Below are positions 44,373 through 58,027 of a stretch of DNA of 64,000 nt, piece after piece. The notes under the pieces were generated by a model that had not been told where the DNA came from, ran no database searches, and saw only the letters and a list, made by a program, of their open reading frames with translations. The stretch lies in NCBI RefSeq assembly GCF_009914755.1, contig NC_060944.1; one strand, 5' to 3'. Source of the stretch: the human T2T-CHM13v2.0 reference genome, Homo sapiens. Positions within the stretch are counted from its first letter, which is position 1. Each line of letters starts with the position of its first letter. The translations under genes and the position numbers were made by a program.

Positions 44373-47300
44373 CTAGTTGCATAAGTAAACACACTTGACC
44401 CCTATACCACCAAGATGAAAAAACACCTCAATGTTTTAGGATTGTAGATTTCAGAGTCGCATTTAAGTCAGGACTAACTAGTTTCAGTTTTTTTGCAAAA
44501 ATAAAAGGAAATGCATTTTGGGTTGGAAACCTGGGATTCCCCTGAAAGAAGTGGTGTCTAGTAACAATGCAGGGATGGAGTCTCATATCTGCGTTTTCCT
44601 GACTGTGTGGCCTTAGGCAAATTATTCCACTTATCAGGGCCTCAGTTTTATTATCTATAAAATGGAGTTGATCCTATATATCTTATTGAGGTTGTTGGGG
44701 GAATCACAAGAGGTTGTGAAAGTGCCCTATGTAAACAGTCTGAATTAATTGTAATACAGTAGCATTGTTTAGATCCATACTTTGGCCTAGGTAGAAGTAT
44801 TGGCTTCCATTTCCCTCTGAAGACAGTGGTCTTTGGTAGCCTCACTTTTGTGGATTGCCAAATAGCTTTTCTTTTGAAACAAAGCTGTAGTCAAGGCCCA
44901 CGCTGTCCAATCACTTGTTCCAGAAAAGTATATCTATTTTTAAAGACCATTCAGTGATGGGTCTGATCTCTTTCTTATTTGTCGCTTTTGAAAGATGTTT
45001 AATAATTCCTAATGGCTCCTACCAGCTAGCCACAGCCTTTTATCCCATGCAGGAAGCCAGCCAAACTGATGTTCCAGGTGCCTCCGCCCACGTGTTACCA
45101 GGGAGAGTGTTGTGGGATGAGGGAATCTGCATTCATGGCCAAGTCTGCTGTCTGATATACAAACCTCCGTTACTAGGGCCTTTTGAAGCCAAAGCCCTCG
45201 AATGACGTCTTTTTGGAGTGGGCAGCTAAGGCCTGCTGAAGGAAATCAGATGTTGGTGTGACCTGAGGGGTCACAGAAAGTATTTCTAGTTCTATATGAG
45301 ATCTTGGTAGCTGCCTAACATCAGAGAAGGAAATCAGGCCCAATTTCTGTTGAAGTAATAGTTGATGCATTTATCCCTGGCCTGGGGTCCAAAGATGTGG
45401 CTCTCAGCTAACGTACTGGGTGACCTGCGTTGGCCCCTTGACCTGCGCTTCAGATTTTACTTCTATTTTGCAAGATCTAACCCTAGTACAACCCTAATCA
45501 AAGACAGGAATTCACAAGCCCTTTCAGCTTATCTGACAGGCAAGAGTATATTGCCTGTTGAAGCCATAGAAGCCCAATTCAATGACCAATTTTTTGCTTT
45601 GGGCTGGAATTACACGCAACTGTGTTGTTACGCACGCTATAGCTACCAAGTTAATCAGCAGTGATACTAAAAAATGGAAAAGAAATGCGTAATTAACATG
45701 GTTTGTTTGAAACAGCAAAGTATTCAAAGCAGTCTCTGTAGGGTAAATTTTAAAATCGTTTTAGGTGAGAAGTTGGGACCGCCAGTACTAAATAGGTCCA
45801 CTCTATGACTTCCTGGCCCAGCTCTCAGGATGGCCAGGAACTAGCTCCTGCCTTACAGGACTGCCCTCCCTTGCCTGTACCTGGTGCCTGGCTGAGGAGT
45901 GTGGCAGCCTGAGGGGTTAGGCTGTGAAGAAGGGCAGCAGCGCCAAAGATGACCAAAACGGCAGTGATTCATGGTCGTCCCTGGGCTGAGTGCTTTATGA
46001 CTGATAATTCATTTACTTACTTTCAAGTAAATTCCTGAAGGTCACAGAGCTAAGAAGAGGTAAAGCCTAGCCTTGAACCCAGGAGTCAGTCCATGGCTTT
46101 AACCAGTTTGGTTTATTGCCTCATTGAATCATCTTTAAATTTAAAATGTTTTCCTAATTGAATTCAACAAATAACTGAGCATCAAAGTAGATAGAATTTC
46201 CTGCCCACAAAGCCCAGAGCATTATGAGATGCGCAGTATGGAACACTTAGTAGGGCTTCAAGAGGAGCTAGTTCCTCTCCTACTCTGCAAAGGTCCAGAA
46301 TATGGTGATAAGCAGCCAGGTAGCCCAAAGGAAAGTAGAAGCAAGGAAGGTTCTTCCTTCATGGGAAGGTGTAACTGCCAAGGGGTCGAAGTCAGTGGTT
46401 TGGTTTTGCACCCCAGAAGCTGATCCCTACTTAGTCTTTGGTGGAGCCTTGAATTTCCCAAAGGGAGGATGGGAAAAGGGAAACGCTAAGCTGTACCCCG
46501 AAGTGGGTAAGAATGGAGGTGTTATTAAGAGCAGAGAGATCATGGGGTCGAGGTGGTATCTCTTGATGATGATCAATTCTTTAATCCAGGCAGATCCAGA
46601 ACCCCTGAGGTTCTTTGAGTCCCTGCCCATATAGTAGGGGTCACAGCTTTGCCACAACCCATCTCACTAGCACTAAACAGCTTCACAAGAGGTGGGGGTT
46701 ATGAGTGAAGAGTCAGAGTGTTTGGTTCTCTTTTCTCGCAGGAAATTGAAGCTCAGTCTTCAACTGTGAAGACTCTAGTGGCGCTAGATACCTGTATACA
46801 AAGAGACATGTCCCTTGGGGCCTCATCTCTCTGCTGGTGTTTTCTGAGGAGTTTTCCTCCCCAGGTGGGGAAGGCTGGTATTTTATTTTTTTTGTAAGTC
46901 CCCACAAGCTCCCCAGTGACCTGCTGTTGCCATCTCTTGATTGTTTCTGCCGCATCAACAGCAGGAAGCTGAGCTGTCAGTTATGTAATGGGGCCGATGG
47001 CCCCCCAGGGATCATCTGTCCCTTGCAGCTCTGCAGGACTTGAAAGCATCCATGAGGGGACAGGCCTGGCCCGGGGCTGTTGACGTCAAGGCCCAGTTGC
47101 TGCTCACATGTTCCTCCTCCATGGCCTCCTTGGTGCCACCTAACCTAGATAGCATCCCTTTGGGCAAATCAGAGTGGCTCTTGTAATCGTCCAGCTGTGA
47201 GCAAAGCTGCCTGATGGTTCAGGGGTGCTTCCAACTCCCATTTCCTCTTACCCCAGGGACGCAGACACTCCCACCAACAGCTACTGGTTATCAAAACCTG

Positions 47301-50068
47301 CTCTGAGGGACCCCTTGACTTGTGCAGGGCAGAGACCCTGCCTTTTTATTCCGAGCCCTGAATTAAGCACTTTACATGTATCATTATCATACATCATCTG
47401 CTTAGCTATTCTGTTATGTGCCCTCTTTTCTGCAGATAAGGAAGCAGAAAATCACTTTCCTAAGGTTTTGAGAGCCAGGATTTGAGACGAGATGTATCTG
47501 TCTGGAAACTCTACTGCTCCGTTCTGCATTCTACAGCCTCTTAAAGCCACTTTTAATGAATTTCTATTCTGAGGCAGATGGTGGGTTCCCCTCCAGTAGT
47601 ACCATACAGTAAAGCAGCCAGGGCTGCCATGGGTGTCCTTCACAGTCTGACACTGGTTTCAGCACAGGCACACTGTGGCAGGGCCACCAGCCATCCCTTC
47701 AGGTGAGGTCAGCCTGCATGTGGATTCCTCCTGTGTTACAATGACTGCCCCAAACATTGGCAGAGGAGGCAAGGCTGGGATAGTGTGAGGTGCCCATATA
47801 ACCGAGGTCTGGCAGCAGAGAAGGCAGGAGCCACATATGCAGCCAGGTCAAAATTGCCAAAAGTTTGGAAAGTAGGAGATCTAAAGCACACCTCCACCCA
47901 CCGGCAGCTGGGAAAGCACCCAGCACTGAGGGAATGCTGTCATTAGGCCAGCGTCTGGCACCAGCTGCAAGGAAAGGGCTCCAATAAGAGCCAAAGGCAT
48001 CATACGTGTCTGTGGTCCTGGTGCCCTGGCAGAAGCCCATTCTGAGTGAACCCAGGGATTTTAAAGTTGATGAGGACCCAGCAGAATGGCAGCGGTTGCT
48101 CTGTTTCTTTCTGACAAATCTTCCAGCTCACTCACTGAATCCTGACTTAAGCAAGGGATTCCGTCACTCATGCTTACTCCAATTGATGTGGCTGCCCATA
48201 GCCCTGTGTCGAAAGATTCTGGAGCCAAGTCAGATTCTGGCATATGGTAGGCACTTGCCCAGTGGAGGCATTGATTGTTTAGACCCCAATATGGTCTCCT
48301 AGGAACTTAGTTTAATAATGCAGATGAGATATGGACACTTGGTGGTAATGGGTTATAGATGGCTCAGTAGAGATACAGGAGGACAGGAAAGAGTGGAGGA
48401 GGTGGTATTCCAGGCTGGTTCTTGAAGGTAGGTTTTAGGGGTACCTTGTAAGCCAGGTGGGATGCGCAGGAGCCACATCTCAGGGTACATACTCAGGTTT
48501 GGTTTCATTACAGTATTCTCAGCTACAGGAGGAAAGGGTACTACTGTTCAGGTAGTGAAATTCCCAACTGGAGATACACTGTGGACCCAGGACCTAGGGA
48601 GAGTGCCCAAGGCTCTGTCTTGATTAGGGCAGCCGCATTCGTGCTCCCAGCCCCTCTTTTCATTTCCACTAGTGAGTCCGCTGTGATATTACAAAATCAG
48701 AGGAAATGGAGATCTCCTCCAGCGTTTCTAGGATTCAGAGGCATGGCAGGCCTTAAAACTGCCAACCAAGTTTAAAATAAATCAATACCATAAAACACTG
48801 CAATGAATTTCCCAACTTTTAAAGAAATTTCACTTTCAGTTAGAGGTGCCAGGGGAAAGCTATAACTCAGTTTGCATCGTACACAGGTCAGAACTCTATA
48901 TTTTGTTTCTTTATTAAAGAAAGTGATGTCTAGGGACATGGGAGGAATGGATTAGGGCCACCCAGGCACTCCATAGGCCATAGTGAGGAAGATGAAAATG
49001 CTTCCATTTTTCCAGGCTGCAAAAAGCATCTTGATGTGGGGCTTGGGGAAGTCGCCTTATGAATGGTCACCTTTATTTTTTTTTCCCCTGAACTCGGAGG
49101 CCTGGTAGTGTAGCTGTAACAGGAGGCAGGTTGGCTTTGTTATATCGTGTTGGGTTTTAGTATTGATTATCTATTTTAATGGGAAAATCACAAAGATGAT
49201 GTGAACCAGTTGACTCATTCTGCATTTACTTCCATCTTTGTGGGGAAAGAAAACCCTTCACCATGTACAGCACCCCTTTGTTTTTTTTTTTCTACTTTTT
49301 TTGGATGTGCTTAAGACAAGCCCTCTCAGAAAGCTAGGCATGCCTAGGGCAAATCTAAGGCATGGAGTTGGGAGTATAGTGTTGTCAGATCTTGGCAGGT
49401 TGTATGGGCATTACCAGCACAGCCCGGCCTTGTACCAGACAGAAAGAGAACTAGAAGTCACAAGTAAAGACTCTGTTGTTAGTAACCAGATTGCATCTTG
49501 GATCTGATGATGTTTGGAAGGAACCCTTGGTTTGCATAGAACAGCAGAAATAAGTGATTATACCACACCCCAGACAAACAGGCTAACTTTAACTTTTAAA
49601 AATATTTTGGAGTTTAGGCCAAGTGCCTAAACTGAAATCCAGATGACACCACTGACATGGTCCAGAGGTCCTCCTCCCTTTTCTGACCTGAGCATCTTAG
49701 GGGCCAGGGTACCAACAGGTATAGCAGGAAAAGCCTTCAGAGAGCACATAGCTCCTTCCTGCTGCTCTGGAGTCCTGTAAGCAGGACAACAGCCGTTGTG
49801 ATAATGCCAGACTCGCTCCTGCTCTTAGAACTGAGTTGGGATCATTGCCATAGAGAGATCCAGATGTGAGTCTTGAGCCTAATTATATGAACCTGGGTGA
49901 AGTTTTAACCATGGTTAAAAGATTGCTTTTATTTTATCTGCAGCAGGAACAGAGGATGTCATGAGTAAGGAGTGTTGGTGAAGATATCTTCAACCCCTTG
50001 TGTCCTCTCTGCTCCTCCTCACTTGATCCCACCCCCCAACACACAGTGTCAGCGAGAAACCCTAGCAC

Positions 50069-50235
50069 CAGTGGTTCTCAGGATGTGGTTCCCAGACCAG
50101 CAGCATCACCTGGGAACTTGTTAGAAACACGTATTTCTGGCTGCACCTCAAACCTACTGAGTTGGAAACTGGGGAGTGGTATTGTATCAGCTCTCCAGGT
50201 GATGGCTGATGAACACAAAAGCTTCAGAACTGCTC
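50069..50235. mobile_element. MER5A
   Basis: 'cagtggttctcaggatgtggttcccagaccagcagcatcacctgggaacttgttagaaa'. Confidence 0.85.
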
Positions 50236-50875
50236 TGGCAAAAGAGGGTAAATGTGCAGTCAGCCACCCTGCCATCTTTTAGACATGCAGACCATTGCCC
50301 TCACCTTTTACCCTTTTACCTTCAAAAAGCTTGGACCTAGGTGTGAGAATCGGGAGGGCCTGTAAGGTCCTGGCTTCTATAATTCCATAAGTAATTGTAT
50401 AATTACCTAGCACTGTGACTTGGACAAGTCACTCCTCCAGAGAACCAAGGTACCTGAAGGACCACTGTTTTCCCTTTCCCCCGTTCCTTCTGTCCTGGCG
50501 TGTTCCTAGTTCCATGGTGGATGTGGTTCTGGGACCCTGGGACAACTGACTCCCGCTCAGGCTCTCAGTGCATTTGTCTTCAGGATAGGGTGAAGCCCTG
50601 TGGCCTCTTACTCCTGTGGGAGTAGGAGGAAACAATTTAACCTCTCCGTGGGCTTCCCTGGGGAAGTGGACTTCTGAGCCATAATAATGATGAATGTCTC
50701 AAGGTGATCTCAGGGGAGTGCTGTCAGGGCAACCACAGGATTCCTGTGAAGTCTGAATGGTAGGGAGGTCACCCCTAGAGGAAGGAGAAATTGAGAAGCA
50801 ACAGGGCATAGGAAACAGGGAAGCCCCCCGAGGTACAGGTGGAACTTAGGTCTCTTAAGTGGAATCTGTGGGGGG

Positions 50876-51146
50876 TTTTTTTTGAGGTGGAGTCTCGCTC
50901 TGTTGCCAGGCTGGAGTGCAGTGACACAATCTCGGCTCACTGGCTTCACGCGATTCTCCTGCCTCAGCCTCCCGAGTAGCTGGGATTATAAGTGCATGCC
51001 ACCACGCCCAGCTAATTTTCATATTTTTATTAGAGACAGGGTTTCACCATGTTGGCCAGGATGGTCTCAATCTCCTGACCTCGTGATCCACCCGCCTCGG
51101 CCTCCCAAAGTGCTGGGATTACAGGCTTGAGCCACTGCACCAGGCC
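50876..51146 (-). mobile_element. Alu (internally deleted) with TSD
   Basis: TSD taagtggaatct on both sides. Confidence 0.92.
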
Positions 51147-51559
51147 TCTAAGTGGAATCTTAAACATGACTTTGAATTGTGACTAGCAAACTTCGTTTTT
51201 CTGTTCCACAGACATGTATTGAGCACCCGCTGTGAGCCAGGTTTGGGCCGTGGAGATGAGAATTCCCATCCTCAGTCCATGTAAACCCTGGGCATCTCTC
51301 TGAGCCTCCGAGTCTGCCTTCGTAAAGGGGGGTTGCTAACACCTGGAGGGATTGCCGTGGGGATTACATAGAACGGGAATGAAAAGCTGGCAGAGGCCTG
51401 CCAGGCACGCAGCAGGTACCACACAGGCGTTGGTTCCTGCTGCCCTTTCATGCCAGTTCTCGGGCACGCTGATGGCAGAGCGAGAATTAGCATCTCGGAA
51501 TGTGTGCAGGCTCATGTGTTTCCCCCTCCCCCACCAATAAAAAGGAAAACATGCATGCC

Positions 51560-52230
51560 CAAGGGGACCCGTTAATTTTTTGATCAACTGTGTGTTGGGC
51601 ACTGTAGTGGGTGCCTCTATTAATAACACATGGGTGAAAAAAGCAGACGTGGTCCTCACCCTTGAGGCACTGAGTTTGAGAGACGTGTCATACGAGAGTA
51701 CCATAGGTACAGTTTCAGTTGTGTGTAAATGAAGAAAATAGCAGAAAATGAGGACCTGCCCAAGGCGGTCAGAGAAAGGCTCTCTGAGGAGGTGGCATTG
51801 AAGCCGAGACCTGAAGGATGAGGCCTCTGCCAAGCAGAGGAGGAGGGAGCCGGCTGGAGTGCGGTGGTCAAGGTGTGGGAGGCCAGGAGGAGGTCACTGG
51901 CTGCTCTGTGGCCAGTAAAACTGGAGAGAGGCAGTTGTGGAAGCAGGGAGCCCAGGTAGGAGGCTGTAGCTGCCCAGGTTAGGGGAGATGGTGAAGTGGG
52001 AGTGAATTCAAGGTGCATTTTGGAGGTTCAAAAGGGCTCTCAGATGGCCTGAAATCGGAAGGTAGGAAGGAGTGGCTCAGAGCTGACTCCATCATGTGTG
52101 GCTTGAGTGACTGGGTGGTGGGAACAGAGCCATGTAAGAGTGAATGTTGCAGCAGGAGACGGTTTAGGGGAGTAGGGAGATACACAAATGAGTCTTGGAC
52201 GTGCGGACATGAGACCGTACTCTCTCTCCT
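51560..52230 (-). mobile_element. L2 fragment
   Basis: 'gtgttgggcactg', 'ggtcagagaaaggctctctgaggaggtggcattgaagccgagacctgaagg'. Confidence 0.7.
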
Positions 52231-53063
52231 GCGTGGGTGTTTGTGGTAAGTGGCGCCCGTTTATCTGGGTCTTCTGAGAGGACTGTTGGATCTCAGTTTT
52301 GCTGCGAACAAAGAGCACCTTCACAGGCACAGAATGGTCCCTTGGACTTGGGGCTGCGTTCATGGCTGAGTCTTGCTGCGTTTTGTTCTTTTCTTGGTAA
52401 TCAGCTTCTCATTAGGTTATGATGTGTTGCTCTTCTGTCCTTATTTGCATCTGCTCTCTGCTATAATTGTGTTTCAAGAACATGGCGTTTTGTTGTTTTT
52501 GTACTGTTTTGCTTTTTAGAGCTGAAAACCTGTGCGGGGTCTTGTCACATGGGCAGCCTGGTGATCCTGTCACGGGGCAGCTCTCCAGTGTGGGCATCTC
52601 GCTCTCTCTTTATTTATTTATTTTTACTAGTTATATAACATCAGAGTCATGATTGCTGGCTGTAAAATTGATTTTGAGAACTACTTTAATTTGTAAATTG
52701 GGAAATACTTTCTATTTTGGGTTAGGGAAAGGCATACAGGGGAGGGAGATGGGGGAAGAAGGTCTGTAGTCCCTGGTTTCAGTAATCTTCAGGTTTCTAA
52801 GTGCAAGCACCCGGAGCTGAGGGGCGGCCCTCCAACCTTATCTGGACGGTCAGCCAGTGGGGAAGGGGCTTTGGAGTCACTCCTTTGGCCATCCCGTCAC
52901 ACCGTGGTTTGAATGACAATAGAGGGCGTGGGTAGAGGTTGTGTCATCTGCCTGCTCACCAGACCCCCTTCCCTGGAACCCCCTGGGGACCTAGGTCTTT
53001 ATACAAATTCAGCAAGTGGTTACTGAGAATTAGCAGCTTGCCGATCATCTTGCATTCACTATA

Positions 53064-54035
53064 TACTCATGCGTCACTTAATGACGGGGATATATTCTGA
53101 GAAATCCACTGTGAAGCGATTTTGTCTTTGTGCACACATCATGGAGTGTTCTTACACAGTCCTGGATGGTATAGCCTCCTATACACCTAGGTTATATGGT
53201 AGATAGAGCCTATTGCTCCTAGACTGCAAACCTGTACAGCATGTTGTGGTACTGAATACTACTATAGGCAGTTGTAACACAATGGTGTTTGTGTGTCTAA
53301 ACATGTAAACATAGAAAAGGTACAGTGAAAATACGGCATAAAAGGTAAAAAAAATGGCTGGGCTTGCTGGCTTATGCCTATATTCCCAACACTTTGGGAG
53401 GCCAAGACAGGAAGATCACTTGAGCCCAGGAGTTTGAGACCAGCCTGGGCCACAGAGGGAGACCCCCATCTCTACAAAATTATATTAAAGTTTTGTTTTT
53501 TTTTTTAAGATTAAAAATGGTATACCTATATAGGGCACTTACTATGAATAGAGCTTGCAGGACTAGAAGTTGCTCTGGGTGAGTCAGTGAGTGAGTAATG
53601 AGTCAGTGTGAAGGCCTAGGACATTACTGTACACTATTGTAGAATTTCTTTCTTTAAAAATAAATTAACCTTAGCTTACTGTAACTTTTTTGCTTTCTAA
53701 ACTTAAAATTTTTAAAAAATTTCTTGATTCATTAACATTTAGCGTAAAACACAAACATAAGACAGGGCCGCGCTCTGTCACCCAGGCTGGAGTGCAGTGG
53801 CACGATCTTGGATTACTTGGCAGCCTCGACCTTCTGGGCTCAAGCTGTCCTCCTGCCTCAGCCTCCCAAAGCGCTGGGCTTACAAGCCTGAGCCACCGTG
53901 CCTGGCCCTTCTTTCTTCATATCCTTATTCTGTATACTTTTTTCTATTTTAAAAAAGTAATTTTTTTACTTTTTAAATTTTTTTTGCTTAAAAACAAAAA
54001 CCCACACATTAGCCTAGGCCTATGCAGGCTCAGCG
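53064..54035. mobile_element. Tigger3b-like element containing a sense Alu monomer (~53356-53480) and a partial antisense Alu (~53760-53906)
   Basis: 'catgcgtcacttaatgacggggatatattctgagaaat', 'gcttgcaggactagaagttgctctgggtgagtcagtgagtgag', 'acacattagcctaggcct'. Confidence 0.82.
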
Positions 54036-55952
54036 TCAGTACTCCCCACTCTTTTTTAAATGTTGTGAAATCCTCACCTGCATCCTAAGTATTGTTGTCC
54101 CCCCAACTCCCACTCCAGAGAAAGGAAGTGATTTACCACTGGCCACATGGCTAGCTCATGCCAGCTCAAAGGCCAGAGCTCCAGTGCTCATGATCTCCAT
54201 CGAGCTACCAAAGAGAGTTCATCTGAGCAAATCCATATGCACCGCACTGTCTCAGGGCCACCAGGAGCTCAGAAAAGGGAGCTGGCTTTTGCCAAAGAAG
54301 TAAGTGATGGCAAAGTAGAGGACACATGACTTAAGATGGACCTTGAAGAAAGAAGAACAGATTAGGATATTTGAAGCAGGGGCCATAGCACGTCCAAAGA
54401 CAGAACACTGGAATTTGTGAAGAGTGCCTATCCCTGGGTGGGTTCACACAGAGGCTAGAGTAGAAAGCTAAATAGGGCTAAGTTGCCAAGAGCCTTGAAT
54501 GCCAGCCTGAGGAGAATGAACTTCATCCTGCCAAAAAAGACAAGGGTGAGTGGGTGGTGGTGAGCAAGGCTGTATTTTAGGCAGGTGAGTCAGTAACAAT
54601 GAGGGGAGAACTGTCAGTCCCCCAGGAGGGGAAGATGAATTGCCACACTGGCAGTACCTGTCTCCAAAAAGTGTGAGACTGCACAGGCACCTTCCAGAGC
54701 ATGGGAAGGCGGTAAGGGTAACATCTGAATAGGAAGATGAGAAACCTTTGCTTCTATATTGGTGTCAAGACATCAACAGACTTGCTGTTGAACCTGTTGG
54801 ACTGGTCAATCTAGGTTTAAACGGCAGCTCTCCTACTTACTAGCTGGGCGGCTTTGGGCAAGTGATCTACCTTCTCTGGGCCCCCATTTCCTTGTCTGGT
54901 CAGTGCAGTAAGTGTTGCTCACTGTAGGCTGTGTCCGGCGCAGTTCCTAGCTCCTGATGACAGTTGAGTCAGTGGTGGCTCTGTGTATTGCCCCCATCCT
55001 GCTATTTTGTTTGTTTTTGCCAAATCCTTATAGGCTAATCATACGTTTTCACTTTGCTTCTCACTAACAATTTGTGATAGCATTCTTTCTCCCAAAGAGA
55101 TCTCCAAACCCCTTAGCAATTGCCTCCAGTGAGTTCCCCTTGGCTTAGTGGGCTTTAACTGGTTGTTGTAACCAAAAGTCCATGTGGACCTCTCTGTGGG
55201 TGTGACCTTCTTGGCATCTTTCTTATAACCACAAATTGTTCTGTCCCCATATGGAAGAGTGACCGTTCCCCTTTAGCTAGTAATGGCACCTTAGCATCTT
55301 CCTCCTGGCAAGGGCCCCTGAGGACCTCAGCCTTTCCCTTGGGCTCTTTCTTTGCTAATCACAGCAGCCACAACTGAACCTGTCTCTGGGGACCAATTGA
55401 GGCAGTTGGCAGCTTTTATTTTCTGCCCCACACTTAATAAGTTGAGGAGGGGAATTAGGGTATCCACACAGCTAACTGCCAATTACCTGGGCTGTTTCTA
55501 GAGACAAATAGTTCCCCTTAGTTGGTGTTGGGTTTCACCCAGTGTCTGTGTACTAATTAAAGTGCTTAGAGGAACTACCATCCCAGTGCCCTATTGCCTC
55601 TTGACCTCCCAAGGCCAGAAAGACGAGGTTTAAGTGAGTCTGGGTTCTCAGACGCAGACAAGATGACTCAGTGTGCAGCCCTGCCTGCTGGTCACCACGG
55701 AGACCTCCAAATCTCAGAATCTGCAGTCTTGCCTACTGTTTCTCTGTGTGCATTTGGCAAACTTTTTAATACTAGCACTTTTGGCAGTATACTCCAAGCA
55801 ATCAAATTGTTTAAAACAATATTAAGCAAGTCTTCATGTCTAGGAGCTTTCACAGTAACTGCTTGCTCCACTGCCCTGACTTTCTGGCACACTTGAGATA
55901 CAGCTGACATCTCTTTGCAGCAGCATGCTGTCTCGGCTTTAAGCTTTGTTCA

Positions 55953-56334
<382 letters not shown>

Positions 56335-56613
56335 TCAAGGAGGAGGAGGACCTCACTGTTGCCCTGTTAGAAAGGGCTCTGGTGCATTGAGCTGAAGTCT
56401 GCCTCCCTCCAAACACTCTTTGGCCTGATTTCCCTCAGCCCCAGCCACACAAGTTGTACGTCTCACCTGTGCTGGGGGTGCCCTGTTTAGAGCACTCATG
56501 TGCCACTGTCCAGTTAGTTTTTGCCTTAATAAATAAGGGGCCTATAGAGGGCCTCTTCTCAGTATTCTTTGTGCCATGTTCCTTTCTCAGAACCTGAATG
56601 GTGTGTTATTCTA

Positions 56614-57000
<387 letters not shown>

Positions 57001-57558
57001 TTAGAAGGAGTCCAGGTTAAGAACCCCTGTGCTGGCCCCAGGTCCTTCATTTGGCAGGGGAAGAAATGAAGTCTCCAGAGGGGGAGTAGGGAGAGAGCTA
57101 GAGGGGCCTGGAACCAGGTTTCCCACATTTACTCTTAGCAACAGGCAAGATCCTTCATCTTCCCGTGTTTCACTTCAGTTCCTCTTAGTAGGTTGCCTCC
57201 TGGGAGCACATTCCTATGATTGCATCTGTGCTTTTATAGCCTGGGCGACAGTCTGTCTGCCTTTCAGAGAATCCGTGGGACTGGCTTCCTCTGGATACAC
57301 TTAAGTGGGTGAACAGAATGTGGAAGATGGTGGCAGGGGGTGGCTAGGTAAAGGGTGGACCCCTGCTGAGCAGGGGCTGGTGGTGCTCAGTTCCTTGTAG
57401 GGCTGCCCCAGCCGCCTCTTTCAACAATCCATGTGTTTTGAATGTGGCATATGGGAGTCCTCCAGCAGTCCAACATATCTGGCAGGACTTCAGCCAGGAT
57501 TCCACTTCCTGGACCACTTGTTAGCTAAAGAGACTTATAGGATATATTTGCCATTTTA

Positions 57559-58027
<469 letters not shown>

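Noticed and set aside
46770-47015. CTCF-like words (ctctagtggcgc; ggccccccagggg)
   Set aside because: Only partial matches; they cannot be scored without a PWM scan or ChIP data.
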